From: Archangiaceae bacterium
Lineage (GTDB): Bacteria; Myxococcota; Myxococcia; Myxococcales; Myxococcaceae
NCBI GenBank assembly: GCA_043750125.1
Contig: JAYVCD010000353.1
Coordinates: 1 to 43,100, forward strand
Direction: 5' to 3'
DNA length: 43,100 nt
The notes under the pieces were generated by a model, which was not told where the DNA came from, ran no database searches, and saw nothing but the letters and a program-made list of their open reading frames with translations. Below are positions 8,608 to 17,703 of this stretch, in pieces. Numbering within the stretch: position 1 is the first letter of the stretch; each line of letters opens with the position of its first letter. Made by a program: the position numbers and the translations under genes.

Positions 8608-10257
8608 TCAGGCGCGGGTGATCGCGCGGAGAACGAACTCCCGGCGTTCGACCAGCAGGCGCACCGCCAGCGGCAAGACCGCGCGGTACCCAAGCCAGGC
8701 CAGCGCGGCCCACAACGCCATCAGCGCGAGGGTCGACCCATCGGGCGCAGCGTCGAGTCGCAACTTCAGTGCCCAGCCCCACGGCGTCGAGCCGGCCGAC
8801 GCGGCGGCGACGCCGATCATCGAGGCGAGAAAGGGCAACTTGTCTTTGCGCTTCAGGTTGGCGTGGAACTTCACCGGGAAATAAATCGAAAGAAAATTCC
8901 CCGTTCCGAGCAGCACCGGGAGCAGCGCGAGAACTCCCAGGACCGCGCAGCCGATGTCGATCCACGAGCCGTGCCCGAAGTAGACCCGGTAAAAAATGAT
9001 CTCGAGCAGAGCAAGGCCAAAGGCCGAGGCGGCGTGAACCAGATTCTTTGCCTTCAGCACGTCGCCCAATTCCACCGGAGCGCTGAGGAAGACCGAGAAG
9101 CCGTGCCCGTCGTAGGCGAAAGTGTTTTGAGAGAACGTCGAGGCAATCACCACCGAGCTGTAGATCGACAGCCCGCCCAGGACCCAGGCGTCGGCGGAAG
9201 CGCCGAGCAGAAAGCCGAACAGCGCGCGAGCTCCGAGCAGCTTGAGCAAGATCGAGAGTACGAACGGGACGGAAGCCAACAGCCGCGCCCGCGGGTTGTG
9301 CCAGAGGTCGATGGCCTCGCGGACCACCAGGGTGGTGAAGCGCTGGTGGGTGCGGGCGAAGGGATTTCCGGCCCGGGCCTGCGCTCCGAGACCTGGGCCC
9401 GAGCGTCCGGAATGTCGGTGGAACTGCAGCAGCAGCCCGTACGCGATGACCATCGTCACCATCATCAATTCGATCAAGCCGAAGAAATCGGCCAACGCCC
9501 GGATGAGGCCGCCGTTGCCCAGGCTCATCAACCCGTGCCCAAACCAGCCCGATGGCACCCGCCCCAGCGCCAGGGCCGCGTCTGAAATCAGCGTGTCGGG
9601 CACCGCGTTGACGTTGACGCCAATCTGGGTGAGCCACGAGGTGTCGATGGGGGGAATCAGCGAGGCCCCACAGAGGAAGAGGACGAAGAAGCCTCCAATC
9701 AGCTCGGCGCTGCGCTGCTGGCGAAGGACGTTGAGCACCATGTTCAGCCCGACCCGAGAGAGCGCGGCGTTGAAGAGCGCGAACGCGATGAACAGCAACA
9801 CCACCAGCGCCCAGGACAGCGGCGGGTGCAATCGGGTGTAGGCGAGGCTCGCGCCGATCAGCGGCCCGTAGAAGACCAGGGCCCGGGGCTCGGCCAGAGC
9901 CGCCAACGAAGAGGCGAGCAACAACCGGAAGCTCGAGATGGGAAATGCGGCGTAGCGCGAGACCTCACTGTGATCGTCGACGCCCGCGCTCATCACCGGC
10001 CAGATCGCCCAGACCGAGGTGGTGACGAAGCCCAGCAGGTTGAGAATGAACGCCTGCCACGCCGAGCTGCCCGCGATCACCGGGTGGTTCATCAGCGCAT
10101 AGAAGATCGTCGCCAGCCCGATTCCCGGCGCGCTCGAGGCGACGAAGCCCACCACCGCGAGCCACCGGTGCTTGCCCGAGTTGAGCCCGATGTCCATCCG
10201 CAGGCCCCACAACAACCGCAGGTGGGTGAGGAAGTTGGGCGCCACCCGCACGGCCAT
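8608..10257 (-). CDS. ABC-2-type exporter permease (multi-TM)
   Basis: More than 10 hydrophobic segments; directly follows the ABC ATPase. Confidence 0.75.
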   Translation of the reverse strand: MAVRVAPNFLTHLRLLWGLRMDIGLNSGKHRWLAVVGFVASSAPGIGLATIFYALMNHPVIAGSSAWQAFILNLLGFVTTSVWAIWPVMSAGVDDHSEVSRYAAFPISSFRLLLASSLAALAEPRALVFYGPLIGASLAYTRLHPPLSWALVVLLFIAFALFNAALSRVGLNMVLNVLRQQRSAELIGGFFVLFLCGASLIPPIDTSWLTQIGVNVNAVPDTLISDAALALGRVPSGWFGHGLMSLGNGGLIRALADFFGLIELMMVTMVIAYGLLLQFHRHSGRSGPGLGAQARAGNPFARTHQRFTTLVVREAIDLWHNPRARLLASVPFVLSILLKLLGARALFGFLLGASADAWVLGGLSIYSSVVIASTFSQNTFAYDGHGFSVFLSAPVELGDVLKAKNLVHAASAFGLALLEIIFYRVYFGHGSWIDIGCAVLGVLALLPVLLGTGNFLSIYFPVKFHANLKRKDKLPFLASMIGVAAASAGSTPWGWALKLRLDAAPDGSTLALMALWAALAWLGYRAVLPLAVRLLVERREFVLRAITRA

Positions 10258-11040
10258 CTAGGCCTGGCCGCCGTAGAATGACAGTCGGGTGTCCCGCGCT
10301 ACGGGCACGCCGATCAACTTCTCGAACACGTCTTCCAGATGCTCGGCCCCGTGGCGCGCCTTGAGGTCGTCGACGCTGCCTTCATCGACGAGCTTGCCGT
10401 CTTTGATCACTCCCGCGTGGGTCGCCAGGCGTTCGGCGATTTCGAGCACGTGGGTCGTCAACAGCAGCGTCACCTGTCGGCGGGACAAATCTGAGAGCAG
10501 CTCGCGAATGACCCCTGCGGCCAGAACATCGATGCCTTCGAACGGCTCATCGAGGAAGACCAGATCAGGCGCGTGGATCAACGCGGCGGCGATCGCCAAC
10601 CGCCGCCGCATTCCCTTCGAGTATTCCCCCACCAGCGCCCCGGCCTTGAAGGACAGCTCGGTCAGCCGCAGCAGCTCTTCACCGCGAGCATTGGCTTCAT
10701 CTCCCGACAGGCCGTGCATCCGGCCACAGAACGTCAGGTACTGCCGGGCCGTCAGCCGCTCGAACAGCGAGAGCTCTTCGGGGACCACTCCGATTCGGCT
10801 CTTCACGGAGAGCGGGGCCGAGATCGCGTCGACTCCGAGAATTTTCATCGAGCCCGCGTCGGGCGCGTAGATCCCGGTCAGCAGGCAGATGGTGGTCGAC
10901 TTGCCTGCGCCGTTGGGCCCCAGGAATGCGTAGAACGCGCCTTTGGGAATCGACATTTTCAAGCCGTCGACAGCCGCGACCGTGCCGAATCGCTTCACCA
11001 GCCCTTCCGCACTCACTGCCAGTTCCGACACGGGCGGCAT
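10258..11040 (-). CDS. ABC transporter ATP-binding protein
   Basis: Walker A GPNGAGKST, signature YSKGM, Walker B VFLDEP, H-loop TTH. Confidence 0.95.
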   Translation of the reverse strand: MPPVSELAVSAEGLVKRFGTVAAVDGLKMSIPKGAFYAFLGPNGAGKSTTICLLTGIYAPDAGSMKILGVDAISAPLSVKSRIGVVPEELSLFERLTARQYLTFCGRMHGLSGDEANARGEELLRLTELSFKAGALVGEYSKGMRRRLAIAAALIHAPDLVFLDEPFEGIDVLAAGVIRELLSDLSRRQVTLLLTTHVLEIAERLATHAGVIKDGKLVDEGSVDDLKARHGAEHLEDVFEKLIGVPVARDTRLSFYGGQA

Positions 11041-11162
11041 TCGAATCGACCCGCGGTGGGGACACAACCTTTCCTGTGGCTGCTGCCCCAGTTGTCATTG
11101 GGGGGACGCCTCGGCTACGAAGCGGACCCTTTGCTGGCCGGTCACTTGAAGGGGTACTTCCA

Positions 11163-12587
11163 ATGAACCAAATTCGCATCCTCGTCGCAGGTTGTGCAGT
11201 GGGCTTGATCATGTTGCTCGCGCCGGCCTGCAGTCCCCCGACCGCGAGCTGCTCGCTCGCCAACTGTAACGGCTGCTGCGACGCGGCCCAGAAGTGTCAA
11301 GGCGGCTCGACGGTCGGAGCCTGCGGCCAGGGCGCCAAGGCGTGCGTCATCTGCACCAGCGCGCAGTCTTGCCAGGCCAACGTGTGCGTCGCCGGAAGCG
11401 GCGTCGGCGGCGGAACTGGAACCGGCGGCGGAACCGGAGTCGGCGGCGGAACTGGAACCGGCGGCGGAACTGGAACCGGCGGCGGAACCGGAGTCGGTGG
11501 CGGAACTGGAACGGGCGGCGGAACTGGAACCGGCGGCGGAACTGGAACCGGCGGCGGGACCGGAGTCGGCGGCGGGACCGGAGTCGGCGGCGGGACCGGC
11601 ACCGGCGGTGGCGGCGGCGTCACGGTCTGCGGCGCAGCCAATTGCGCGGGCTGCTGCACCAGCGCCAACACCTGTCAGGCCACCTCGGCGCAGGGAGTGG
11701 GCTCGTGTGGAATCGGTGGAAAAGCCTGTGCTGCCTGCACCGGAGCTCAGACCTGCAACGCGGGTGTGTGCGGTGTCGTGGCCGTCTCGGTTGGCGCTTC
11801 GTGCGTCAACGACACCGGCTGCGCCATGCTGGGCGCGGGCGCGAAGTGCAAGCAGACCACATCCCGCGGCGATGGCACCTACGCCGGCGGCTACTGCACG
11901 CTCAACTGCACCGGCACCGGACAGGGCAGCTGCCCGACCGGCACCCGCTGCGACAACGGACTGAGCCTCGATCTCTTTGGGGAAAATGACAGCATCTGCC
12001 TCGCCGGTTGCCCCAGCAGCGGCTCACAGTCGACCTGCCGCACCGGCTACAGCTGCTATTTCGGCGCGGCCTCGGGCTCACCGGGCGCTTGCTGGCTCAG
12101 CCCGCCTCCGGCGTACGACGCAGGGTCCGCTCCCGACAAGTTGGCCTACGCGTGCGCTTCGAATTCCCAGTGCCAGAGCCCGCCGAACCCGGCGTTCGGC
12201 TTCTGCTATCCAGCAAGCATCAACGACGCCGGGACCCCGTTCTCAGGGGGCTACTGCATGTCCTCCTGCGAGACTGAGTTTGGCGGGGTCAACGGGTGTG
12301 GTCCCAAGGGCATCTGCCTGGATCTCGGCAGTGCGGCGAATCCCTTCCTCACTTGCCTCGGCACCTGCACGACTCCCAGCTCGGGAAAGATCACCCGTCC
12401 AGGTGGGGGCGCTGGCGGTCCGTACGCTTGCTACGGCTTTCACTTGAGCGACGGTGGCACCCTTCCGTTCGGCTACGTCTGGCCTGCCTGCGACGCGCCG
12501 CTGCGAGGCTGCAGCAGCATTCCAGGCACCACCTGCAACACCACCAAGGGCTTCTGCTGCTACTCCGACGGCGGCTGCGAAGGCTGA
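11163..12587 (+). CDS. Cys-rich lipoprotein with Gly/Thr linker
   Basis: ATG 11163 after GAAGGGG, lipobox-like APAC; two CxxxNCxGCC modules flanking a G[TV]GGGT linker, then two GGYC modules. Confidence 0.85.
   Translation: MNQIRILVAGCAVGLIMLLAPACSPPTASCSLANCNGCCDAAQKCQGGSTVGACGQGAKACVICTSAQSCQANVCVAGSGVGGGTGTGGGTGVGGGTGTGGGTGTGGGTGVGGGTGTGGGTGTGGGTGTGGGTGVGGGTGVGGGTGTGGGGGVTVCGAANCAGCCTSANTCQATSAQGVGSCGIGGKACAACTGAQTCNAGVCGVVAVSVGASCVNDTGCAMLGAGAKCKQTTSRGDGTYAGGYCTLNCTGTGQGSCPTGTRCDNGLSLDLFGENDSICLAGCPSSGSQSTCRTGYSCYFGAASGSPGACWLSPPPAYDAGSAPDKLAYACASNSQCQSPPNPAFGFCYPASINDAGTPFSGGYCMSSCETEFGGVNGCGPKGICLDLGSAANPFLTCLGTCTTPSSGKITRPGGGAGGPYACYGFHLSDGGTLPFGYVWPACDAPLRGCSSIPGTTCNTTKGFCCYSDGGCEG
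11400..11615 (+). repeat. 18-bp coding tandem repeat, ~12 copies (G[TV]GGGT)
   Basis: GGAACCGGCGGCGGAACT-type units visible in tandem. Confidence 0.9.
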
Positions 12588-12608
12588 AGTTCGAGGAGAT
12601 TGTTTTCC

Positions 12609-12651
12609 AAAAAGCCCGGCATCCCAAATTCGGGGCGCCGGGTTTTTCTTT
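12609..12651 (+). terminator. Rho-independent terminator
   Basis: AAAAAGCCCGGC..CCC-loop-GGG..GCCGGG followed by TTTTTCTTT, just after the stop at 12587. Confidence 0.8.
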
Positions 12652-12663
12652 GACGGTCTTCCA

Positions 12664-13438
12664 ATGCGTCGGCTGAATCTTCAGATCGCGCTCGAGCCCT
12701 TCGCGGTCGAGCTGGACTTTGGCCTGGGTCGATTTCCTCGGGCCAGCGCGAGACGACGCGCGGACCCTGCGGTTCACCGACAATCTGCAACCGGCTCCGA
12801 CCGGGCCACGGGTGATGCCGAAGATCGAAGGGACGAAAATCCTCGGCTCCGGCTTCGAAGCGCAGCTGCTCGGAGCCCACGCGGAAATCACCGGATCCCA
12901 CGAGCGGCTCGGAATCGAAGCGGTGCTGAAGCTGATGCTGGCGACCGCGTTGCTGGCTCGCTCGGCCCTGCTCGTCCACAGCGTCGCGCTGAGCGAGGGT
13001 CAGGGCTGCGCAGTCTTTCTGGGGGAATCGGGGGCAGGGAAGTCCACCCTGGGACAGCTCGGAGCCAGCGGCGGCCTGCGGCGTTTGGCCGACGAGCTCG
13101 TCGTGCTCGATGCAGAAGGGTGGGCGCACGGCACGCCCTGGAACATCGGGCTTTCAGAAGCAGCACAAGTGCGACTGCTGGGCACCCTGGGTTGGAGCGA
13201 GCGCTGCCGACTCGAGCCCGTCGCAGCCACCGACTTTCTGCCTTTGCTGCTGTCGAACACGCTGTTGGCCGACGATCGCCCTGCGACCCGGGGGACGGTT
13301 TTTCAGCTCGCGACGGGCCTGCTCAAGGCACATCAACCCGAGCGGTTCTTCTTCCCGCCGTCTGCAGCCGCGGCGCCGTTTCTGCGTTCGACGCTGCTCA
13401 GTAAAGCGGCTCGACCGCCGCGGCCCACAGCCGGTTGA
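12664..13438 (+). CDS. HprK-related P-loop kinase (paralogue 1), apparent +1 frameshift near the 5' end
   Basis: LLVHSVAL, GESGAGKSTL, LADELV, GTPW. The ATG 12664 frame (MRRLNLQIALEPFAVELD) is one base out of frame with the main ORF 12719-13438. Confidence 0.75.
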
Positions 13439-14504
13439 TCGACACCGTCCCCTTGTCATTGGGGTGGAGCCCGTCTTCCAGCTCATCGACGTGCGCCTTG
13501 AAGTGGGCATAGAGATCCGGCCCCGGGGTGAGGCCATTTCTCTTCGTCACCCCGTCGATCACGTCATTGAACTGGGGAATGGTGTTGTGCTCTTTGGGCG
13601 CGTACGGAATGCGCGCGAAGATCGGCACCCGACCCGCGGCTTTGAGCATCGCCACCATCGCTTCGAGGTTCTTGGAGAAGCCCGACGTGTCGGCGTTGTC
13701 TCCCGCCGAATCGTTCGTCCCGTAGCCGATCGCCCAATGCTTTACGTCCGGGTGCTGCTTGAGCAGCAGCGGCAGGCGCTCCAACCCCTCGCTGCTCTTC
13801 TCGAAGCCTTGCCCCCCGTTGAGCGTCATCGGGAAGTAGCCGGGGTGTTTTTTGGCGATCAGCTCGGCGAATGAGGGCTGGCTCTTCGGACTGCGGGTGA
13901 ACGCCATCGCGGTGATGCTGTCGCCCAGAAAGAACCAGGTGTCCTCAGCGCCACTGCTGATGTCGTGGATGTCGAGCTCGTCGGGCTGAATTCCGTATTT
14001 GTAGGTGTCCTTGCTCGGGCCGGTCACCACCCAGCGCACCCAGCGATTGCCAGTGAAGTCGAAGCCATGAGCGCGGGTGCGGTACTCGTTGTCGGTGACG
14101 GTCACGACGGTCTTCCACTGCTTTGCGTCGGGCGAGACCTCGATTCGGTAACTCCCCGGACCGCCGTACTGGGTCTCGTGGTGGTTGAAGCTTCCCGACG
14201 CGGTCCACGCCAGCAGCAGCCGGTCAGGACCGGGGCCGATGTCGATCGCCACCCACGCCGGCTTGTCTTCGCTGGGCATCTTGGCCGCCCACGAGCCGTC
14301 TTTGTATTTCCCGTCGGTCAGCTTGTCGGCGCTGCTCGCCATCAGGTTGCTTTCGACTGATTTGCCCCGCGACAGCAGCGGCGCGGCAGTGATCCCCTTC
14401 GCGGGTTTGACCGGCTTCTTGTAGTCGCGGCCCGCGGCAGACGCCGAGCCGGACTTGCAGCCAAACGCACACAGGCTCAACGCAACGAGGAAGAAGGTTC
14501 GCAT
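13398..14504 (-). CDS. Lipoprotein: discoidin/F5-8-like domain plus SGNH/GDSL hydrolase
   Basis: Lipobox AFGC from ATG 14504; FLGDSIT, GTND, DGLHPN catalytic blocks. Confidence 0.85.
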   Translation of the reverse strand: MRTFFLVALSLCAFGCKSGSASAAGRDYKKPVKPAKGITAAPLLSRGKSVESNLMASSADKLTDGKYKDGSWAAKMPSEDKPAWVAIDIGPGPDRLLLAWTASGSFNHHETQYGGPGSYRIEVSPDAKQWKTVVTVTDNEYRTRAHGFDFTGNRWVRWVVTGPSKDTYKYGIQPDELDIHDISSGAEDTWFFLGDSITAMAFTRSPKSQPSFAELIAKKHPGYFPMTLNGGQGFEKSSEGLERLPLLLKQHPDVKHWAIGYGTNDSAGDNADTSGFSKNLEAMVAMLKAAGRVPIFARIPYAPKEHNTIPQFNDVIDGVTKRNGLTPGPDLYAHFKAHVDELEDGLHPNDKGTVSINRLWAAAVEPLY

Positions 14505-14517
14505 GGGTTTCACGCTC

Positions 14518-15579
14518 TCAAGCATTGAGCCGCTTGCGCAGCTTCGCGCAGGGTTTTTCGATCGCCAGGTAGATGCCGTAGGAGATCGCCATCGCAAGTG
14601 CGAGCGCAATCATTCCCTGAAGGACCCCGTGCAGTTGGGGAAGGTATCGGTGCACCCCGAAGATGATCAGGTGGTGGGTCAGGTACAGCGAAAACGAGAG
14701 CACGCCGATGAACGACATCACCCGCGTATTGAGCAGTCGAAAGGGCAGAACTGTCGGCCAGCGAATGGCAACGATGAAGATTGGAACCAGCGCCAGGCCC
14801 TGAAGGCTGTACCGCGCCGATTCGCGAAATTGATCATCGCGCCACACGAAGGCCAGCAACAACACCCCCACCGACAGCGGCAGCATCACGTACTTCCAGA
14901 ACGCCGGGCTGCCTTTGGGGTCTCCGTCGAGCACCGGGTTGCCCCAGACGGCGAGCGCCGCTCCAAACAGAATCGAGTCGAACCGGGTGTCGCTGGCGAG
15001 GTAGGTGCGGTCGGTGGGCGAGTTGAACCAGAACACCAGCACGCAGCGCCACAGCAAGATCAGCCCGCACAGACTCCACAAGATGATCGCCTGTCGTCGG
15101 TGACTGGCCCGCAATCGCCGCAGCAACAAGTAGAGCCAGGGAAAGAGGAAGTAGAAATGTTCCTCCACCGCCAGCGACCAGTACACCCCCGTGCCCAGGG
15201 CCTGGCCCGAGTACCCGTGGTAGACGATCCAATAGTTTGCGTAGTGCAGGAACTGCGCGGCGACCGCCTGGGGGTTGAGCTGCCCACCCAGCACCGCCAA
15301 CGCCGCCAATACCGTCCCCACTGTAAGGACGAAGTAGAACGGCGGCAGAATTCGCAACACCCGGCGCAGGTAGAAAGCCTTCAAGCTCAGCGTGCCTGTC
15401 TTTTCGAACTCGGTGCGCATCAGGGTGGTGATCAAAAAACCTGAGAGAAAAAAGAAGACCGTCACCCCAAACCCGCCCGGGACGTACTTCTCGAGCCCGG
15501 CGTGGGCGACGAAGACGATCCCGAAGCTCACCGCACGCAGGCCGTCCAGCGAGGGAATGTGGAAGGCGCTCTTCGACAC
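14518..15579 (-). CDS. Acyltransferase family 3 (OafA/YrhL-like O-acyltransferase)
   Basis: SLDGLRA, FFFLSGFLIT, FYLRRVLRI, WSLAVEEHFY, SFSLYLTH. Confidence 0.92.
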   Translation of the reverse strand: MSKSAFHIPSLDGLRAVSFGIVFVAHAGLEKYVPGGFGVTVFFFLSGFLITTLMRTEFEKTGTLSLKAFYLRRVLRILPPFYFVLTVGTVLAALAVLGGQLNPQAVAAQFLHYANYWIVYHGYSGQALGTGVYWSLAVEEHFYFLFPWLYLLLRRLRASHRRQAIILWSLCGLILLWRCVLVFWFNSPTDRTYLASDTRFDSILFGAALAVWGNPVLDGDPKGSPAFWKYVMLPLSVGVLLLAFVWRDDQFRESARYSLQGLALVPIFIVAIRWPTVLPFRLLNTRVMSFIGVLSFSLYLTHHLIIFGVHRYLPQLHGVLQGMIALALAMAISYGIYLAIEKPCAKLRKRLNA

Positions 15580-15615
15580 GCGGTGTGCCTAGCATGCTAT
15601 GGAATTGCGCTCCCC

Positions 15616-17703
15616 ATGCGCGTGCGTCCTCTCGTCGCGTCCTTCCTGGTGCTGTTTTCCTGCGAAGGCTCCATTGAAGTTCCGCAAGGGCTCCTCAACG
15701 GGGGCTCGTGCGCGGACCCAGGTCACGTCACGCTGCGCCGTCTGAACCGAATCGAATACGACAACACCTTGCGAGATTTGCTGGGCGACACCACCAGCCC
15801 TTCGAACAATTTTCCACCCGACCCTTCGGCCAGCTTCGACAACAACGGCGATGTGCTCGCGATGTCCCCGCTGCTGCTCGAGCTCTATGAGAGCACCGCC
15901 GCTCGAGTCGTCGACGCCGCGCTATTGCCCCCGGCCGCCCCGATTTCCCACCAGTACGATGCGCCCGGACTGCACGCCGCGATGTGCCCCGGCGGAGTCG
16001 CTCCCCCCGGTTCGGACTACACCTGCTTTGGACCCGTCGACTCGACCGCCGGCACCCCGCCCACTCCGACCCTCGACATCTGGGAACACGACTACTACCT
16101 CGACAAGCTCGAGGCGTTTCCTTCCGACGGGGACTACGTGCTGTCCGTTCGCGCGTTTCAGGCCGGCAGCGTCGTCGCCAAGCTCAACGTGATCGTCGAC
16201 GGCAGAATCGTTCACCAAAGCGACGTGACCGCCCCGCGCGCCGCCCCGGTGGTGATTGCAGTGCCGGTGACGCTCGCCGCCGGCAACCATCGAATTCAGA
16301 TTCGAAACGCCAACGCGGCCCGCGGGTACGACCGGGACCTGGGCGTTGCGTTTCTCAAGGTCGATGGGCCGAACAACGTTCCCAACCCCGCCCGCGAAGC
16401 GCTGCGAATGAAGACGTTCGCCTGTGATCCGGCGAAAGACGGCGGCGAAGACGTCTGCGCGCGAAAAATTCTCTCTGAGTTCGCCCACCGCGCCTACCGC
16501 CGGCCGGTCACCGACGCTGAAATGACCGGCTTGGTCGCGCTGGTGCAGCTGGCGAAGATGCAGGGCGACGATTTTAAAACCGGCATCCGCCTCGCGTTCA
16601 AGCGGGTGCTGACCTCGGCCGAGTTCATCTTCAAGGCCGAGTTCGACGATGCCCCCGACACCCTCGACGCTCATCCGGTCAGCGAGCTCGAGCTGGCCAC
16701 CCGGCTGTCGTACTTCCTCTGGGCCAGCACGCCCGACGACGAGCTGTTGCGCGTGGCCGAGCAAGGAGGGCTTTCAAACCCCGCAACCCTCGAGGTTCAG
16801 GCCCGGCGGCTGCTCAGCGACCCGAGGTCCGATGCGCTGGTCGAGGTCTTCGCGTCCCAGTGGATGAAGCTGCGCTCGCTGACTCCGGCCAGCCCCGCGC
16901 TCGACATTTACCCGGGCTTCGATGGCGCGCTGAAGACCGCGATGCGCGATGAGACCTTGTTGTTCCTGCGCAGCTTCGTTCGGGAAGACCGCAGTGCGCT
17001 CGAGCTGCTCGACGCGCGCTTCACCTTCCTCAACGAGAAATTGGCCGGGCACTACGGGATCACCGGAGTCACCGGCCCCGCGATGCAGCGGGTCGAGCTG
17101 ACGACGGCGCAACGCGGCGGGCTGTTGACCCAGGGAAGCATCCTCACCCTCACCTCGGTGCCCAACCGCACGTCCCCGGTCAAGCGCGGGAAGTGGGTAC
17201 TGGAGCAGCTGCTGTGTCAGGAACCTCCGCCTCCCCCGGCGAACGTGCCCGCCCTCCCCGAAGGAATCGACGCCACCGGCAAGACCCTTCGCCAGCTTGC
17301 CGAAGCCCACCGCAACAACCCTTCGTGCTCGGCCTGCCATTCTCAGATGGACCCGATCGGCTTTTCGCTCGAGCACTTCGATGGCGTAGGTCATTGGCGC
17401 GACAAGGACGGGACCCTGGCGATTGATGCGACGGGGGCGTTGCCCGACGGCCGCACCTTCGATGGTTCCAGCGGGCTGGCGAGCGTCCTCAAAGACGACG
17501 CCCGGGTGCCGCGGTGCATCTCGCGCAAGATGTTGACCTACGCGATCGGTCGCGAGCTCAACGAGACGACGGACAGCTGCGCACTCGATGTCTTGAGCCT
17601 GCAGATGAGCAAGAAAGGCTACCGGCTGGGTGAGCTGGCGCTGCAGGTGGTGAAGACCCATCAGTTCGGTGAGCGCCGCGGCGCGAAGGCGGTGACGCCA
17701 TGA
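15616..17703 (+). CDS. DUF1592-type (PSD/PSCyt multi-domain) lipoprotein with c-type heme motif
   Basis: LRRLNRIEYDNTLRDLLG, RLSYFLWASTPD, RTSPVKRGKWV, CSACH..MDPIGFSLEHFD; lipobox-like LFSC. Confidence 0.88.
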   Translation: MRVRPLVASFLVLFSCEGSIEVPQGLLNGGSCADPGHVTLRRLNRIEYDNTLRDLLGDTTSPSNNFPPDPSASFDNNGDVLAMSPLLLELYESTAARVVDAALLPPAAPISHQYDAPGLHAAMCPGGVAPPGSDYTCFGPVDSTAGTPPTPTLDIWEHDYYLDKLEAFPSDGDYVLSVRAFQAGSVVAKLNVIVDGRIVHQSDVTAPRAAPVVIAVPVTLAAGNHRIQIRNANAARGYDRDLGVAFLKVDGPNNVPNPAREALRMKTFACDPAKDGGEDVCARKILSEFAHRAYRRPVTDAEMTGLVALVQLAKMQGDDFKTGIRLAFKRVLTSAEFIFKAEFDDAPDTLDAHPVSELELATRLSYFLWASTPDDELLRVAEQGGLSNPATLEVQARRLLSDPRSDALVEVFASQWMKLRSLTPASPALDIYPGFDGALKTAMRDETLLFLRSFVREDRSALELLDARFTFLNEKLAGHYGITGVTGPAMQRVELTTAQRGGLLTQGSILTLTSVPNRTSPVKRGKWVLEQLLCQEPPPPPANVPALPEGIDATGKTLRQLAEAHRNNPSCSACHSQMDPIGFSLEHFDGVGHWRDKDGTLAIDATGALPDGRTFDGSSGLASVLKDDARVPRCISRKMLTYAIGRELNETTDSCALDVLSLQMSKKGYRLGELALQVVKTHQFGERRGAKAVTP

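Noticed and set aside
7922-9637. Long N-terminal extensions in the ORF track (also 1229-2917, 27867-30431, 35414-36958, 10926-12587)
   Set aside because: The extensions overlap neighbouring genes in other frames; starts were reassigned using signal peptides and stop/start overlaps.
7925-11615. Repeats as a CRISPR array
   Set aside because: The repeats are in-frame coding units or a short heptamer tract without unique spacers, and there are no cas genes.
11297-11671. Pro-rich PVPPP ORF on the minus strand
   Set aside because: Antisense reading of the Gly/Thr tandem repeat.
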